Positions 1 to 9,277 of a DNA stretch of 64,000 bases are shown piece by piece; the stretch's first letter is position 1, and every line of letters starts with the position of its first letter. The position numbers and the translations under genes are program-made. The notes beneath the pieces were generated by a model that had not been told where the DNA came from, did not search any database, and saw only the letters and a program-made list of their open reading frames with translations. The stretch is from Oscillospiraceae bacterium (lineage in GTDB: Bacteria; Bacillota; Clostridia; Oscillospirales; CAG-272), in contig SVQT01000002.1 in assembly GCA_015065215.1 (NCBI GenBank), forward strand, positions 29,595-93,594, written 5' to 3'.

Positions 1-1
1 G

Positions 2-625
2 ATGATCGTTGAGGGTCTGACCCTTGCTACCGAGCAGTACGGCATTGCCGCCCGCAAGGGTAGCGCCTTTGCCAAGGCCATCAACATCGCGCTGATCGAG
101 CTTGCCAAGAATGGCACCGTTGATACCATTGCTGACAAGTACGGCCTCAAGTCTGAGATCTGCATCGACACCACCATCGAGGTGGAGGATCCTACCGATG
201 ACGAGATGGTTGATTTCAACTACATTATGGACGAGGGCAAGTTCATCGTTGGTTACACCGAGTTCGCTCCCATTGCTTACAAGGATAACGACGGTAATCT
301 GATCGGCTTCGATATTGAGCTTGCCAAGGCTGTTGCCGCATTCCTACAGATCGAGGTTGTGTTCAAGCTGATCAACTGGAACACCAAGGAGTACGAGCTG
401 GAGAGCAAGACCATCGACTGCATCTGGAACGGTATGACCATCACCCCCGAGCGTCAGGAGCAGATGGCAGTTACCATTCCTTATATGAACAACAAGCAGG
501 TCGCTGTGATCCGCAAGGACGACAAGGATAAGTACAAGACCACCGACGATATGAAGAAGGCGATCATCGGTGCCGAGGACGGCTCTGCCGGTATGAGCTG
601 CGTTGTTAAGGAAGAGGAAGAATAA
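2..625 (+). CDS. polar amino-acid ABC transporter substrate-binding protein (5' end cut by window edge)
   Basis: The ORF is open to the window edge. It has SBP_bac_3-like sequence (FIVGYTEFAPIAYKDNDGNLIGFDIELAKAV) and is followed directly by permease and ATPase genes. Confidence 0.8.
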   Translation: MIVEGLTLATEQYGIAARKGSAFAKAINIALIELAKNGTVDTIADKYGLKSEICIDTTIEVEDPTDDEMVDFNYIMDEGKFIVGYTEFAPIAYKDNDGNLIGFDIELAKAVAAFLQIEVVFKLINWNTKEYELESKTIDCIWNGMTITPERQEQMAVTIPYMNNKQVAVIRKDDKDKYKTTDDMKKAIIGAEDGSAGMSCVVKEEEE

Positions 626-630
626 TTTAG

Positions 631-1287
631 ATGAGTTTTTTGCAAATTACCGCGCAGCTGTTTGAGGGCTTTGCGTATACACTTGCAATATTCGGCATCA
701 CTTTAGTAACGGCCATCCCCTTGGGGTTGGTCGTTGCTTTTGGGTCTATGTCCAAATTCAAGCCCCTCAGCGCTGTCGCAAGGGGGTTGGTTTGGATCGT
801 TCGCGGCACACCGTTGATGTTGCAGATCATTATTTTCGCATACGGCCCCGGACTGTGGCTGAATATCCCGATCCGTACCATTGAGCAGCAGATTCTGATG
901 GTCTGCATTGCCTTTACCATCAACTACGCCTGCTATTTTTCCGAGATCTTCCGCGGTGGTATTGAAAGCATCTCGCAAGGGCAGTATGAGGCCGGCTACG
1001 TGCTGGGCATGACCAAGCGGCAAATCTTTTTCAAGGTCGTGCTTTTGCAGGTAACCAAGCGCATTATAGCGCCGATGTCCAACGAGATCATTACCCTGGT
1101 CAAGGATACCGCTCTTGCCAGCGTGGTCGTACACGTGGATCTGTTTACCATTGCCAAGCAGATCGTCAATAAAGAGGTCATTTTGTGGCCGCTCTTCTAC
1201 GCGGGCATATTCTATCTGCTCTTTAACGGTCTGCTCACCATCGCCTTTGGCAAGCTGGAAAAGAAATTAGATTATTTCAAGGTGTAA
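631..1287 (+). CDS. polar amino-acid ABC transporter permease
   Basis: Multi-TM ORF starting 5 nt after the SBP stop. It has the EAA-type loop QYEAGYVLGMTKRQIFFKVVL. Confidence 0.9.
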   Translation: MSFLQITAQLFEGFAYTLAIFGITLVTAIPLGLVVAFGSMSKFKPLSAVARGLVWIVRGTPLMLQIIIFAYGPGLWLNIPIRTIEQQILMVCIAFTINYACYFSEIFRGGIESISQGQYEAGYVLGMTKRQIFFKVVLLQVTKRIIAPMSNEIITLVKDTALASVVVHVDLFTIAKQIVNKEVILWPLFYAGIFYLLFNGLLTIAFGKLEKKLDYFKV

Positions 1288-1289
1288 TT

Positions 1290-2093
1290 ATGGCGTTTTT
1301 GGAAGTTAAGAATATCAAAAAATCCTTCGGGAGCACCGAGGTTCTAAAGGGTATCGACTTTTCCCTGGAAAAGGGGCAGGTCCTTTCCATCATCGGCTCC
1401 TCGGGTAGCGGCAAGACCACGTTGCTGCGGTGCATCAATTTTCTGGAAAAGCCGGATGAGGGAGAGATCGTTGTCAACGGAGAGACCGTGATGGACGATC
1501 TGGCCAGAGCGGGCAAGCTGTCGGAGCAGGAGTTGCGCCGTCGTCGTCTGCATTTTGGCCTCGTTTTTCAGTCCTTCAATCTGTTTCCGCAATATACCGC
1601 AAAGGGGAATTTGGTTTTGGCCGCGCAGCTACAGGCCAAGGAAAGATTAAAGGCGCAAAAGCTCCACAAAAACAAGGAGCTGGTCAATGCTGAAATGAAG
1701 GCCATCGACGAGCGCGCGGAGGCCATTCTGGCGCGCATGGATCTGGCGGATAAGGCAGAGCACTACCCCTGTCAGCTCTCCGGTGGCCAGTGCCAGCGTG
1801 TTGCCATTGCAAGAGCCTTGATGCTGGACCCTGAGATCCTTTGCTTTGACGAGCCCACCTCGGCGCTGGATCCCGAGCTGACCGGCGAGGTGCTGCGCGT
1901 GATCCGCTCTCTGCGCGAGGAGAACCGCACCATGATCATTGTGACCCACGAGATGGAGTTCGCCAAGAACGTATCGGACCACGTGATCTTCATGGCCGAC
2001 GGCGTGATCGAGGAGGAGGGAACCCCCGCAGAGGTATTCGACAATCCTCAAAGCGAAAAGACAAAACACTTTCTCGCTCACGATAACCAATAA
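1290..2093 (+). CDS. amino-acid ABC transporter ATP-binding protein
   Basis: Walker A GSSGSGKTT, Q-loop VFQSFNLF, signature LSGGQCQR, Walker B ILCFDEPTSALD, H-loop VTHEM. It carries a roughly 25-aa lysine/glutamate-rich insertion relative to typical GlnQ-like proteins. Confidence 0.93.
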   Translation: MAFLEVKNIKKSFGSTEVLKGIDFSLEKGQVLSIIGSSGSGKTTLLRCINFLEKPDEGEIVVNGETVMDDLARAGKLSEQELRRRRLHFGLVFQSFNLFPQYTAKGNLVLAAQLQAKERLKAQKLHKNKELVNAEMKAIDERAEAILARMDLADKAEHYPCQLSGGQCQRVAIARALMLDPEILCFDEPTSALDPELTGEVLRVIRSLREENRTMIIVTHEMEFAKNVSDHVIFMADGVIEEEGTPAEVFDNPQSEKTKHFLAHDNQ

Positions 2094-2126
2094 AGAAAGG
2101 CTGATGCCACGCATCAGCCTTTCTTT
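2092..2126. terminator. bidirectional intrinsic terminator
   Basis: Perfect 16-bp stem AAAGAAAGGCTGATGC / GCATCAGCCTTTCTTT with loop CAC, lying between convergent genes. Confidence 0.8.
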
Positions 2127-2715
2127 ATTGCAACAACTGCTTCACGGTGACCCATTCAATCGGTGGCATGGCATCGGTGGGGGCTACCGAGAGCCAATGG
2201 GGCTTTTCGCCAAGCGTTAGTTGGATGCTGGCTGCCGTTTGGATCGGAATGTGCGCGATGCCCCCGGAAAGCCCGGTGCTAAGGCGTTTGCCCTCTGCCT
2301 CCTTGGCCGTCCAGATACGGATCATCTCACTTTCGGGGGCGGCGGAGGAGGCGATCATCGCTTGCTCGTTTTCGCTATAATAGCGTTTGGCAAATCGGAG
2401 CGGATGCGGCTTGATTTCCTCCAAATCGACGCCAACCTCGTTTTGCTCGCAAACAATCACCGCCACGCCGTAGCGGCTGTGAGAAAGATTAAAATAGGGC
2501 TTGCCCGCAGGGAGGCGCGGCTTTCCGTTCTCGCCGCGTTGCCAGTTATCGGCGCTGACGTGTGGGTCGAGGCGGTACAGGGCGTAGCGCACCAGAAGAA
2601 AGCCTACCGTGGCGGCAAGGTTGCCCGCCCTGTGCGCGGCTGAGGGGGGGAGCGCTGCGGTCAGCCGTGCCGCATCCGCGGGGGACATATTCAGATCGGT
2701 AACAAAAACGCGCAT
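2125..2715 (-). CDS. 4'-phosphopantetheinyl transferase (Sfp-type)
   Basis: Motifs FNLSHS and WTAKEAEGK. Start moved to ATG 2715, behind AAAGGAGGTG, which is internal to track ORF 2125..2769. Confidence 0.8.
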   Translation of the reverse strand: MRVFVTDLNMSPADAARLTAALPPSAAHRAGNLAATVGFLLVRYALYRLDPHVSADNWQRGENGKPRLPAGKPYFNLSHSRYGVAVIVCEQNEVGVDLEEIKPHPLRFAKRYYSENEQAMIASSAAPESEMIRIWTAKEAEGKRLSTGLSGGIAHIPIQTAASIQLTLGEKPHWLSVAPTDAMPPIEWVTVKQLLQ

Positions 2716-2799
2716 ACGCCCACCTCCTTTTTCTTTATTATACTTCATTTTACGGCAAAAAGCAAGCACCCACGCCTTGGCGTGGGTGCAAAGACTTTA

Positions 2800-3057
2800 T
2801 TAGTCGGTAACGTAGGGCAGCAGAGCGACCTGACGAGCACGCTTGATAGCGGTGTTCAGCTCGCGCTGATGCTTTGCGCAAGCACCGGAGATGCGGCGGG
2901 GCAGGATCTTGCCACGCTCGCTGATGAACTTGCGAAGCTTTGCGGTATCCTTGTAATCAATGAAAGCCACCTTGTCTGCGCAGAAGATGCAAATCTTCTT
3001 TCTCTTGCGATTCATGGGGCGCACAGGACGCGCGGTAGTTGTTTCGGTTCTATCCAT
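2800..3057 (-). CDS. rpsR: 30S ribosomal protein S18
   Basis: [55 protein letters not shown]. Gene order is the classical rpsF-ssb-rpsR. Confidence 0.97.
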   Translation of the reverse strand: MDRTETTTARPVRPMNRKRKKICIFCADKVAFIDYKDTAKLRKFISERGKILPRRISGACAKHQRELNTAIKRARQVALLPYVTD

Positions 3058-3093
3058 AATGACGAATTCCTCCTATAATATTTTGGTGATCTG

Positions 3094-3561
3094 TCAGAAG
3101 GGCAGATCGTCGTCGGCCTTCAGCTCCTCAAAGTTGGGGGCCCCTGCGTCAGGGGTAGCGAAGGACGGAGCGGGAGCGGCGTAGGTATCGGGCATATAGC
3201 CGCCTGCACCACCTTCATTTCTGCTGTCAACAAACATGGCTTCGTCTACAACCACCTCAGTGGCGTAGCGGCGTTGACCTTGGTTATCCTGCCAGGATCT
3301 GGTCTGGATCGAGCCGGTCACGCACAAAGCGGAGCCCTTTTTGAAGTACTTGGAAATGAATTCCGCGGTCTGACGCCAAGCAACCAAGCTGATGAAGTCA
3401 GCCTGCTGCCCTTGGGCGGCATCAGCCGAGCGGGATTGGAATCTGCGGTTAACGGCGAGCGTAAAGGTGACAACGGAGACGCCGTTTTGGGTCTGCTTGA
3501 GTTCGGGGTCTGCTGTCAAACGGCCGCAAAGCACTACTTTGTTCAGGTTCAGACTGGACAT
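3094..3561 (-). CDS. ssb: single-stranded DNA-binding protein
   Basis: OB-fold SSB sequence (KVVLCGRLTADPELKQTQNGVSVVTFTLAVNR) with acidic tail DDDLPF. Start set at ATG 3561, 9 nt after GAGGAG. Confidence 0.95.
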   Translation of the reverse strand: MSSLNLNKVVLCGRLTADPELKQTQNGVSVVTFTLAVNRRFQSRSADAAQGQQADFISLVAWRQTAEFISKYFKKGSALCVTGSIQTRSWQDNQGQRRYATEVVVDEAMFVDSRNEGGAGGYMPDTYAAPAPSFATPDAGAPNFEELKADDDLPF

Positions 3562-3593
3562 ATCAAACATCTCCTCTTTCTATCCTTAACGGA

Positions 3594-3980
3594 TTACTCT
3601 GCGTCAGCAGCAGGCGCCTCTGCAACAGGAGCTTCTTCAACAGCAGCTTCCTCAGCAGGAGCAGGCTCAGCCTTAGCGACGGCTTCATACTCGAGACGGA
3701 TTACCATCGAGCGCATGATGCTTTCATCGATGTTGTAGAGACGCTCAAGCTCAGCGGGGAACTCAGGCTCGGACTTGAAAGTCACCACCGTGTAGTAGCC
3801 CTCGGGCTTGTCATCGATGGGGTACGCAAGACGGCGCTTGCCCCAATCAGCGACCTCTACGATCTCGGCGTTCTTTGCGATGATGTCGGTGAACTTGGTG
3901 ACAGAAGCCTTGATGGCCTCCTCGCCGCCTTCAACATCAACGATGAACAGGGTTTCGTAAGAGTTGATTACCTTTTCCAT
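3594..3980 (-). CDS. rpsF: 30S ribosomal protein S6
   Basis: YETLFIV...RLAYPI S6 pattern with an Ala/Glu-rich C-terminal tail. RBS is GGGAGGTG. Confidence 0.95.
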   Translation of the reverse strand: MEKVINSYETLFIVDVEGGEEAIKASVTKFTDIIAKNAEIVEVADWGKRRLAYPIDDKPEGYYTVVTFKSEPEFPAELERLYNIDESIMRSMVIRLEYEAVAKAEPAPAEEAAVEEAPVAEAPAADAE

Positions 3981-4076
3981 ATTTTACACCTCCCTATGGA
4001 CGTTAGACCGCACACATGATAGAATTTATATGCGGTAAGGAGACGGGCAGAAAATGTTTGCCCGCATCAATGCAAT

Positions 4077-4105
4077 ATTTTACCACGTTTTTGCTTGATT
4101 GTCAA
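4077..4105 (-). promoter_or_regulatory. sigma-A promoter of rpsF-ssb-rpsR
   Basis: Minus strand reads TTGACA, 17 nt, TAAAAT. This leaves a leader of about 95 nt before rpsF. Confidence 0.6.
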
Positions 4106-4199
4106 GTGTTTTCTCGACAATGATTGCTTTATTTTCTGCTTTCTTTCGGTTTATTTTATACAAATGGCAAAAAATACGAAAAGAAAATCAAAAAAGGGG

Positions 4200-4228
4200 T
4201 TGACAGAAGGAAAAAGGTGTGGTATACT
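4200..4228 (+). promoter_or_regulatory. sigma-A promoter of ylxM-ffh
   Basis: TTGACA (4200-4205), 17 nt, TATACT (4223-4228), with extended -10 TGg. Confidence 0.7.
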
Positions 4229-4259
4229 CTGTAAAGGATTTTGCTTTACAGGTGACGCT

Positions 4260-4598
4260 ATGTTTGAAAAAAATCTGCAACTCTCCTTTTTGCTTGACCA
4301 ATACGGCGCTGTGCTTGGCGAGCGCCACCGCACCTTGCTGGATTATTACTATAATCAGGATCTTTCGCTCAGTGAGATCGCCGCCGAGGTGGGGATCTCC
4401 CGTCAAGGCGTGAGAGACAGCATCAAAAAAGCAGAAGAAGAGCTCTTGTTTTTAGAAGAGCGTCTGCACCTGCATCAGCGTGCCTTGCAAGTGGCGGATG
4501 CCGCCGAGGCGTTGTTGCGAATGCCGCTTGCCGATGACCAGCGCTTGGCGGTTGAAAAGCTCATTGTGGCGGCAGGTGGCAATCTCCCGCAAAAATAA
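4260..4598 (+). CDS. ylxM: YlxM/UPF0122 helix-turn-helix protein (SRP-associated)
   Basis: MFEKNLQLSFLLDQYGAVLGERHRTLLDYYYNQDLSLSEIAAEVGISRQGVRDSIKKAE, immediately upstream of ffh. Start is ATG 4260, internal to the track ORF. Confidence 0.88.
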   Translation: MFEKNLQLSFLLDQYGAVLGERHRTLLDYYYNQDLSLSEIAAEVGISRQGVRDSIKKAEEELLFLEERLHLHQRALQVADAAEALLRMPLADDQRLAVEKLIVAAGGNLPQK

Positions 4599-4619
4599 CA
4601 AGGGAAGGCGGTATTGATC

Positions 4620-5960
4620 ATGTTCGAGAGTTTAAGCGAAAAATTGAGTAACGCCTTTAAATTTTTCCGCAACAAGGGTAAACTGACCGAGGCGGATGTC
4701 AAAGCAGGTATGCGCGAGATCAAGCTGGCCCTGCTGGAAGCGGATGTTAACTTTAAGGTTGTCCGTGATTTTGTAAAAATGGTTTCCGAGCGTGCTGTGG
4801 GAACCGAGGTGTTAGAATCACTTCTGCCCGCGCAGCAGATCGTAAAGATCGTCAATGAGGAAATGATACGTCTGATGGGCGAGACCCAGGCAAAGCTCAC
4901 CATTGCGCCGATGCCCCCCACCGTTGTGATGATGGTTGGTTTGCAGGGCGCCGGTAAGACCACCCACGCGGGTAAGCTTGCCGGGATGTATAAAAAGCAG
5001 GGCAAGCGGCCCTTGCTGGTTGCCTGTGACGTTTACCGTCCTGCCGCGATCAAGCAGCTACAGATCCTGGGCGAAAAGCTGGATATTCCGGTGTTTACGC
5101 TGGGCGAAAAAGAAAAACCGGTTAAAATCGCCAAAGAGGGCTTGAAGCATGCCCAAAAGATGGGCTTTGACATGGTCTTTATTGATACCGCGGGCCGTTT
5201 GCACATCGACGAGGAGCTGATGGGCGAATTGCAGGACATCAAAAAGGCGGTCAATCCTACCGAGATTTTGCTGACCATTGACGCGATGATCGGTCAGGAC
5301 GCTGTTACCGTGGCAGAGCATTTCAACAGTCAGCTGGATGTAACCGGTGTCATTTTGACCAAGCTGGACGGCGATACCCGTGGCGGCGCGGCGCTTTCTG
5401 TACGCCATGTCACCGGCAAGCCGATCAAGTTTGTGGGTGTGGGCGAGAAGGTGGACGCCATCGAGCCCTTCTATCCGGATCGCATGGCCAGCCGTATCCT
5501 TGGCATGGGTGATGTGCTTTCCCTGATCGAAAAAGCCGAACAGGCCTTTGATGAGAAACAGGCTAAAGCCCTTGAAAAGAAGATTCGCGAGGCCACCTTT
5601 ACACTGGATGATTATCTGGATCAGTTCGCGCAACTGAAAAAGATGGGCAATATTGAAAGCCTGCTTGGTATGATGCCCGGTATCAATGCCGGTGCTTTGA
5701 AGGATGCCAAAATTGATGAAAAGCAAATGGCACGTACCGAGGCGATTATCAAATCCATGACCCGCAAGGAGCGGGAAAAGCCGGACATCATCAACGCTTC
5801 CCGCAGACAGCGAATTGCAAAGGGAAGCGGTACCACCGTTGAGGATGTAAATAAATTGTTGAAGCAATTTGATCAGGTGCGCAAGATGATGAAGCAGCTG
5901 TCTAACGGCGGCATGAAAAAAGGACTTTTTGGCAAAGGCAAAATGAGAATGCCGTTCTAA
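4620..5960 (+). CDS. ffh: signal recognition particle protein Ffh
   Basis: G-domain motifs GLQGAGKTT, DTAGR and TKLDGD, plus a Met-rich M domain. ATG 4620 is preferred over TTG 4614. Confidence 0.97.
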   Translation: MFESLSEKLSNAFKFFRNKGKLTEADVKAGMREIKLALLEADVNFKVVRDFVKMVSERAVGTEVLESLLPAQQIVKIVNEEMIRLMGETQAKLTIAPMPPTVVMMVGLQGAGKTTHAGKLAGMYKKQGKRPLLVACDVYRPAAIKQLQILGEKLDIPVFTLGEKEKPVKIAKEGLKHAQKMGFDMVFIDTAGRLHIDEELMGELQDIKKAVNPTEILLTIDAMIGQDAVTVAEHFNSQLDVTGVILTKLDGDTRGGAALSVRHVTGKPIKFVGVGEKVDAIEPFYPDRMASRILGMGDVLSLIEKAEQAFDEKQAKALEKKIREATFTLDDYLDQFAQLKKMGNIESLLGMMPGINAGALKDAKIDEKQMARTEAIIKSMTRKEREKPDIINASRRQRIAKGSGTTVEDVNKLLKQFDQVRKMMKQLSNGGMKKGLFGKGKMRMPF

Positions 5961-6030
5961 TCCCCTTTGCGTGGGGCCATTCATCTGTTTTCCAAAAAAT
6001 TATTTATAAAAACAAAGGAGAATTTTAACC

Positions 6031-6267
6031 ATGGTTAAAATCAGACTCACCAGAACCGGTAAGACCCATTCCGCATGCTATCGTATCGTTGTTGCCGATC
6101 AGCGCAGCCCTCGCGACGGCCGCTTCATCGAGGAGATTGGTTTTTACAACCCCAACTCCAAGGAGCTGAAGGTGAACGAGGAAGCCGCTAAGAGGTGGCT
6201 TGCCAACGGTGCTCAGCCCAGCGATACCACCAAGGCACTCCTCAAAAAAGCCGGCGTTATCGCCTAA
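6031..6267 (+). CDS. rpsP: 30S ribosomal protein S16
   Basis: [44 protein letters not shown] is AAAGGAG. Confidence 0.97.
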   Translation: MVKIRLTRTGKTHSACYRIVVADQRSPRDGRFIEEIGFYNPNSKELKVNEEAAKRWLANGAQPSDTTKALLKKAGVIA

Positions 6268-6284
6268 GGCTTCGGGGTGGCGAC

Positions 6285-6524
6285 ATGGTCAACCTCAAAG
6301 AGATCCTTGCCGACATCGCGCGCGCCATTGTGGATCATCCCGATGACGTGGTGGTGACCGAAGAGGAAAAGGGAAACGATGTCACTTTGACTCTTGCCGT
6401 TCACGAGGACGACATGGGTATGGTTATCGGCCGTCACGGCAGAATTGCCAAAGCAATTCGCTCTGTGATGAAGTCGGTTGCGGGTACCTGCGGCAAAAGG
6501 GTCAATGTCGAAATCAAAGACTGA
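6285..6524 (+). CDS. khpA: KH-domain RNA-binding protein (KhpA/YlqC)
   Basis: KH motif VIGRHGRIAKAIRSV, in the conserved position after rpsP. Start is ATG 6285, internal to track ORF 6195..6524. Confidence 0.88.
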   Translation: MVNLKEILADIARAIVDHPDDVVVTEEEKGNDVTLTLAVHEDDMGMVIGRHGRIAKAIRSVMKSVAGTCGKRVNVEIKD

Positions 6525-6531
6525 CATCCGG

Positions 6532-6575
6532 CAAATAGCGGGAACGCCATGATGGCGTTCCCGCTATTTGCTTTT
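6532..6575 (+). terminator. intrinsic terminator after khpA
   Basis: 18-bp stem AAATAGCGGGAACGCCAT / ATGGCGTTCCCGCTATTT followed by GCTTTTAT. Confidence 0.85.
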
Positions 6576-6646
6576 ATCAAAAGTGCCAAAACGGTATGAA
6601 ATTTGAGTTGTTTTAGCAAGTATTTGACAAAGTTTTCCTTGCTTGC

Positions 6647-6675
6647 TTGACTTTTCCTATATGGGGTGATACAAT
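6647..6675 (+). promoter_or_regulatory. sigma-A promoter of the MFS gene
   Basis: TTGACT (6647-6652), 17 nt, TACAAT (6670-6675). Confidence 0.65.
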
Positions 6676-6709
6676 ATACACGTATTTCTTTTTTATGAAG
6701 GAGACGCAG

Positions 6710-8071
6710 ATGGAACAAACAATTTCCAAACGTGCCAAGGGCATTGCGTATCTTTTGATGCTGGTCTATTTTGCCAGCTATATTATGCGCATCAATGTTG
6801 CCGCTATGTTGGTCACCATCTACACCAATATGGAGATCACCAAAACCGCGATCTCTCCTGTCATCACCGGCATGACTGTTTTTTACGGTGCCGGTCAGAT
6901 CGTCAACGGTGTTTTGGGCGATAAAATCAAGCCCAAATATATGCTAACTGTCGGTCTTTTCCTTGCCGCCGCCTGCAATGTAGCGATGTTCTGTTGCGGC
7001 TGTGTATCCTTTATGCAAAACGTACCCTGCATGACGGTGGTCTGGTGCATCAACGGCTACGCCCATGCCATGCTCTGGCCCCCCATTGTGCGGTTGCTTT
7101 CCGCCAATCTGACCGATGCGGAGTATAGCTATGCGGCAGTGCGTGTTTCCTGGGGTTCCTCCTTCGGTACCATTTTGATCTATTCGCTTTGTCCGCTTTT
7201 GTTGGGTGTGATGTCCTGGAACTGGATCATTCTTTGCCTTGCCGCCATGGGCATTGCCATTGCGGTCATCTGGATACTGCTGTATCCCAAGCTGTTCCGC
7301 AGAGCGCCTCAGACGGCGATGGCCGAGGCCACTGCTACACCTGCCTCCACTCCTGTCAAAAAGGCCCTTCCGCTGCCTGCAATGGTTTGGGTGCCGATTG
7401 TTTTGATCTTTATTGGTATTGTGTTACAGGGTATGCTACGTGACGGCGTGACCAACTGGATGCCCTCCTTTTTGCTGGAAAGCTTTGGCATGAGCGAGGA
7501 AAATGCTATTTTTGCCACTGTCATCCTGGCGGTGTTCAGCATTATCAGCTTTTCTGTGTTTGATTTGCTGCACCGTAAGGTGTTCCGCAACGAGGTGACC
7601 TGCTCTGCCGTGATCTTCGGCGGCTCCACACTTTTTGGATTGATCCTGTATTTCGCCAATCTGTGGATCCCCGACGACAACGCGGCATCCGTGATCGTGT
7701 CGATGCTGCTCATGGCGGTCATCGTGGCCTGCATGCACGGTATCAACCTGATGCTGATTACCGTGGTGCCCAAGCGCTTTATCAAGAGCGGAAAGGTTTC
7801 TACCTTTTCCGGCCTCTTGAACGCCGGTACTTATGTAGGCGCGGCCATTGCCACACCGTTGTTTGCCGTTTTTGCCGACAATGAAAAGCTTGGCTGGAGC
7901 TTTACACTGCTTTCCTGGGCGATCATCAGTGCCCTTGGCGCGATCGTTTGCTTGGTCATTGTTCCGATGTGGAAGAAGTTCCGCCGCGAATACGCCGATG
8001 CCCCTGATGCCATCGAGCCTGCCGGTGAGGTCACCGAACCTGTGTCCGAGCCCATGCAGGAGGAAGCTTAA
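6710..8071 (+). CDS. MFS transporter (N-terminus resembles organophosphate:phosphate antiporter family; substrate unknown)
   Basis: About 12 hydrophobic helices. Start is ATG 6710 after GAAGGAG. The N-terminal pattern LLMLVYFASYIMRINVAAM recalls GlpT/UhpC-type MFS proteins, with low confidence on the subfamily. Confidence 0.8.
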   Translation: MEQTISKRAKGIAYLLMLVYFASYIMRINVAAMLVTIYTNMEITKTAISPVITGMTVFYGAGQIVNGVLGDKIKPKYMLTVGLFLAAACNVAMFCCGCVSFMQNVPCMTVVWCINGYAHAMLWPPIVRLLSANLTDAEYSYAAVRVSWGSSFGTILIYSLCPLLLGVMSWNWIILCLAAMGIAIAVIWILLYPKLFRRAPQTAMAEATATPASTPVKKALPLPAMVWVPIVLIFIGIVLQGMLRDGVTNWMPSFLLESFGMSEENAIFATVILAVFSIISFSVFDLLHRKVFRNEVTCSAVIFGGSTLFGLILYFANLWIPDDNAASVIVSMLLMAVIVACMHGINLMLITVVPKRFIKSGKVSTFSGLLNAGTYVGAAIATPLFAVFADNEKLGWSFTLLSWAIISALGAIVCLVIVPMWKKFRREYADAPDAIEPAGEVTEPVSEPMQEEA

Positions 8072-8079
8072 TAACTGCT

Positions 8080-8120
8080 ATACCGCAAGGTCGCTTTCGC
8101 GATCCTTGCGGTATTTTCGC
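8080..8120 (+). terminator. intrinsic terminator after the MFS gene
   Basis: Stem TACCGCAAGG / CCTTGCGGTA followed by TTTTCGCTTTT. Confidence 0.7.
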
Positions 8121-8128
8121 TTTTGGGG

Positions 8129-8157
8129 TTGACTTTTGCCACGCCGGGTGCTACAAT
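8129..8157 (+). promoter_or_regulatory. sigma-A promoter of the PHP gene
   Basis: TTGACT (8129-8134), 17 nt, TACAAT (8152-8157), with extended -10 TGc. Confidence 0.65.
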
Positions 8158-8205
8158 GCAATTAAGTGCCGAAACGGTACGCAAAAACAAAGGAGGAGCT
8201 TTGGG

Positions 8206-9234
8206 ATGAGAAAGCATCTTTTGCCGGAGAACGGCCGCTTTTATAAGGCCAATCTGCACGTGCATACCACCGTGTCGGATGGTACCGCTACCCCTGAGGA
8301 GACCAAGGCAGGCTATATGGCGCATGGCTATGATATTGTCGCCTTTACCGATCATGAGGTGTTTGTGCCGCAAAACGCATTGACTGACGAAAGGTTCCTT
8401 GCCATCAACGCGGTGGAGCTGGCGATCAATGACGGTTGGCCCGGCGGATTCAAGTATAACAAATCCACGCACTTAAACCTGTATGCCATGGATCCCGAAA
8501 AGACCGACTGCGCCGTTTGCGCGGGCAAGTTTGTCTGGCTGGAGCAGTCCAAGCCCTACATTTCCGAGTTCGCCGCCAGCAATAAGTACCGCAAGCACTA
8601 TTCGGTTGCCGCCTACAACGATCTTATTCGCAAGGCGCGGGCAGACGGCTTTTTGACCTGCTATAACCATCCCGTTTGGTCGATGCATAACTATACCGAT
8701 TACAGTGGCATGCAGGGGCTTTGGGGCGTGGAGGTCTATAACACCGGCTCCGCGCGCGGCGGTATGGAGGATACGGTGCAGCCCTTTGAGGATCTGCTGA
8801 ATCAGGGGCAGCATTTGGTGCCGGTTGCCGCAGACGATGCCCATAGCCTTGGCGCCAGCGCTTATGGCGGTTGGACGATGATCAAGGCGGAGGCGCTGGA
8901 CTACGTGACGGTGATGAAGGCACTGGAGCGGGGGGATTGCTATTCCTCCAACGGCCCCGAGATCAAGGAGCTTTACATTGAGGACGGCGTGGTGCATCTG
9001 ACCTGCTCGGATGCGGTGTTCGTGCGCCTTGTGACCAGTATTCGGTACAAGCACGTGAAGCACGGCACGGCAGAAGCCCCCGTGAACGAGATCGCCTTTG
9101 ACATCAATCCCTTCATTGAGGGGGAAAGGGACTGTCGTGCCGAGCGGACCGCTCCCTGGTTCCGCCTGGAGGTCAGGGATGCGGCGGGCAACCGCGCCTG
9201 GACGCGTGGCTATTTCCTGGACGAATTGCAATAA
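8206..9234 (+). CDS. PHP-domain metal-dependent phosphoesterase (copy 1)
   Basis: PHP metal-ligand motifs NLHVHTTVSDG, AFTDH, YNHP and ADDAH. RBS is AGGAGG. It is a full-length paralog of 26907..27869. Confidence 0.82.
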   Translation: MRKHLLPENGRFYKANLHVHTTVSDGTATPEETKAGYMAHGYDIVAFTDHEVFVPQNALTDERFLAINAVELAINDGWPGGFKYNKSTHLNLYAMDPEKTDCAVCAGKFVWLEQSKPYISEFAASNKYRKHYSVAAYNDLIRKARADGFLTCYNHPVWSMHNYTDYSGMQGLWGVEVYNTGSARGGMEDTVQPFEDLLNQGQHLVPVAADDAHSLGASAYGGWTMIKAEALDYVTVMKALERGDCYSSNGPEIKELYIEDGVVHLTCSDAVFVRLVTSIRYKHVKHGTAEAPVNEIAFDINPFIEGERDCRAERTAPWFRLEVRDAAGNRAWTRGYFLDELQ

Positions 9235-9277
9235 ATCGTGAAACGGTACCGGATTTTTGATGATAAGAGGGAACAAT

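Noticed and set aside
4095-4259. N-terminal extensions of track ORFs (4095, 6195, 6647, 9257, 18298, 19278..20558, 22264..24603, 25305, 25922, 26823, 42698..43582, 47674, 54789..55697)
   Set aside because: In each case an internal ATG preceded by a GGAGG-like RBS coincides with the family-typical N-terminus. The upstream extension overlaps a promoter or the neighbouring gene.
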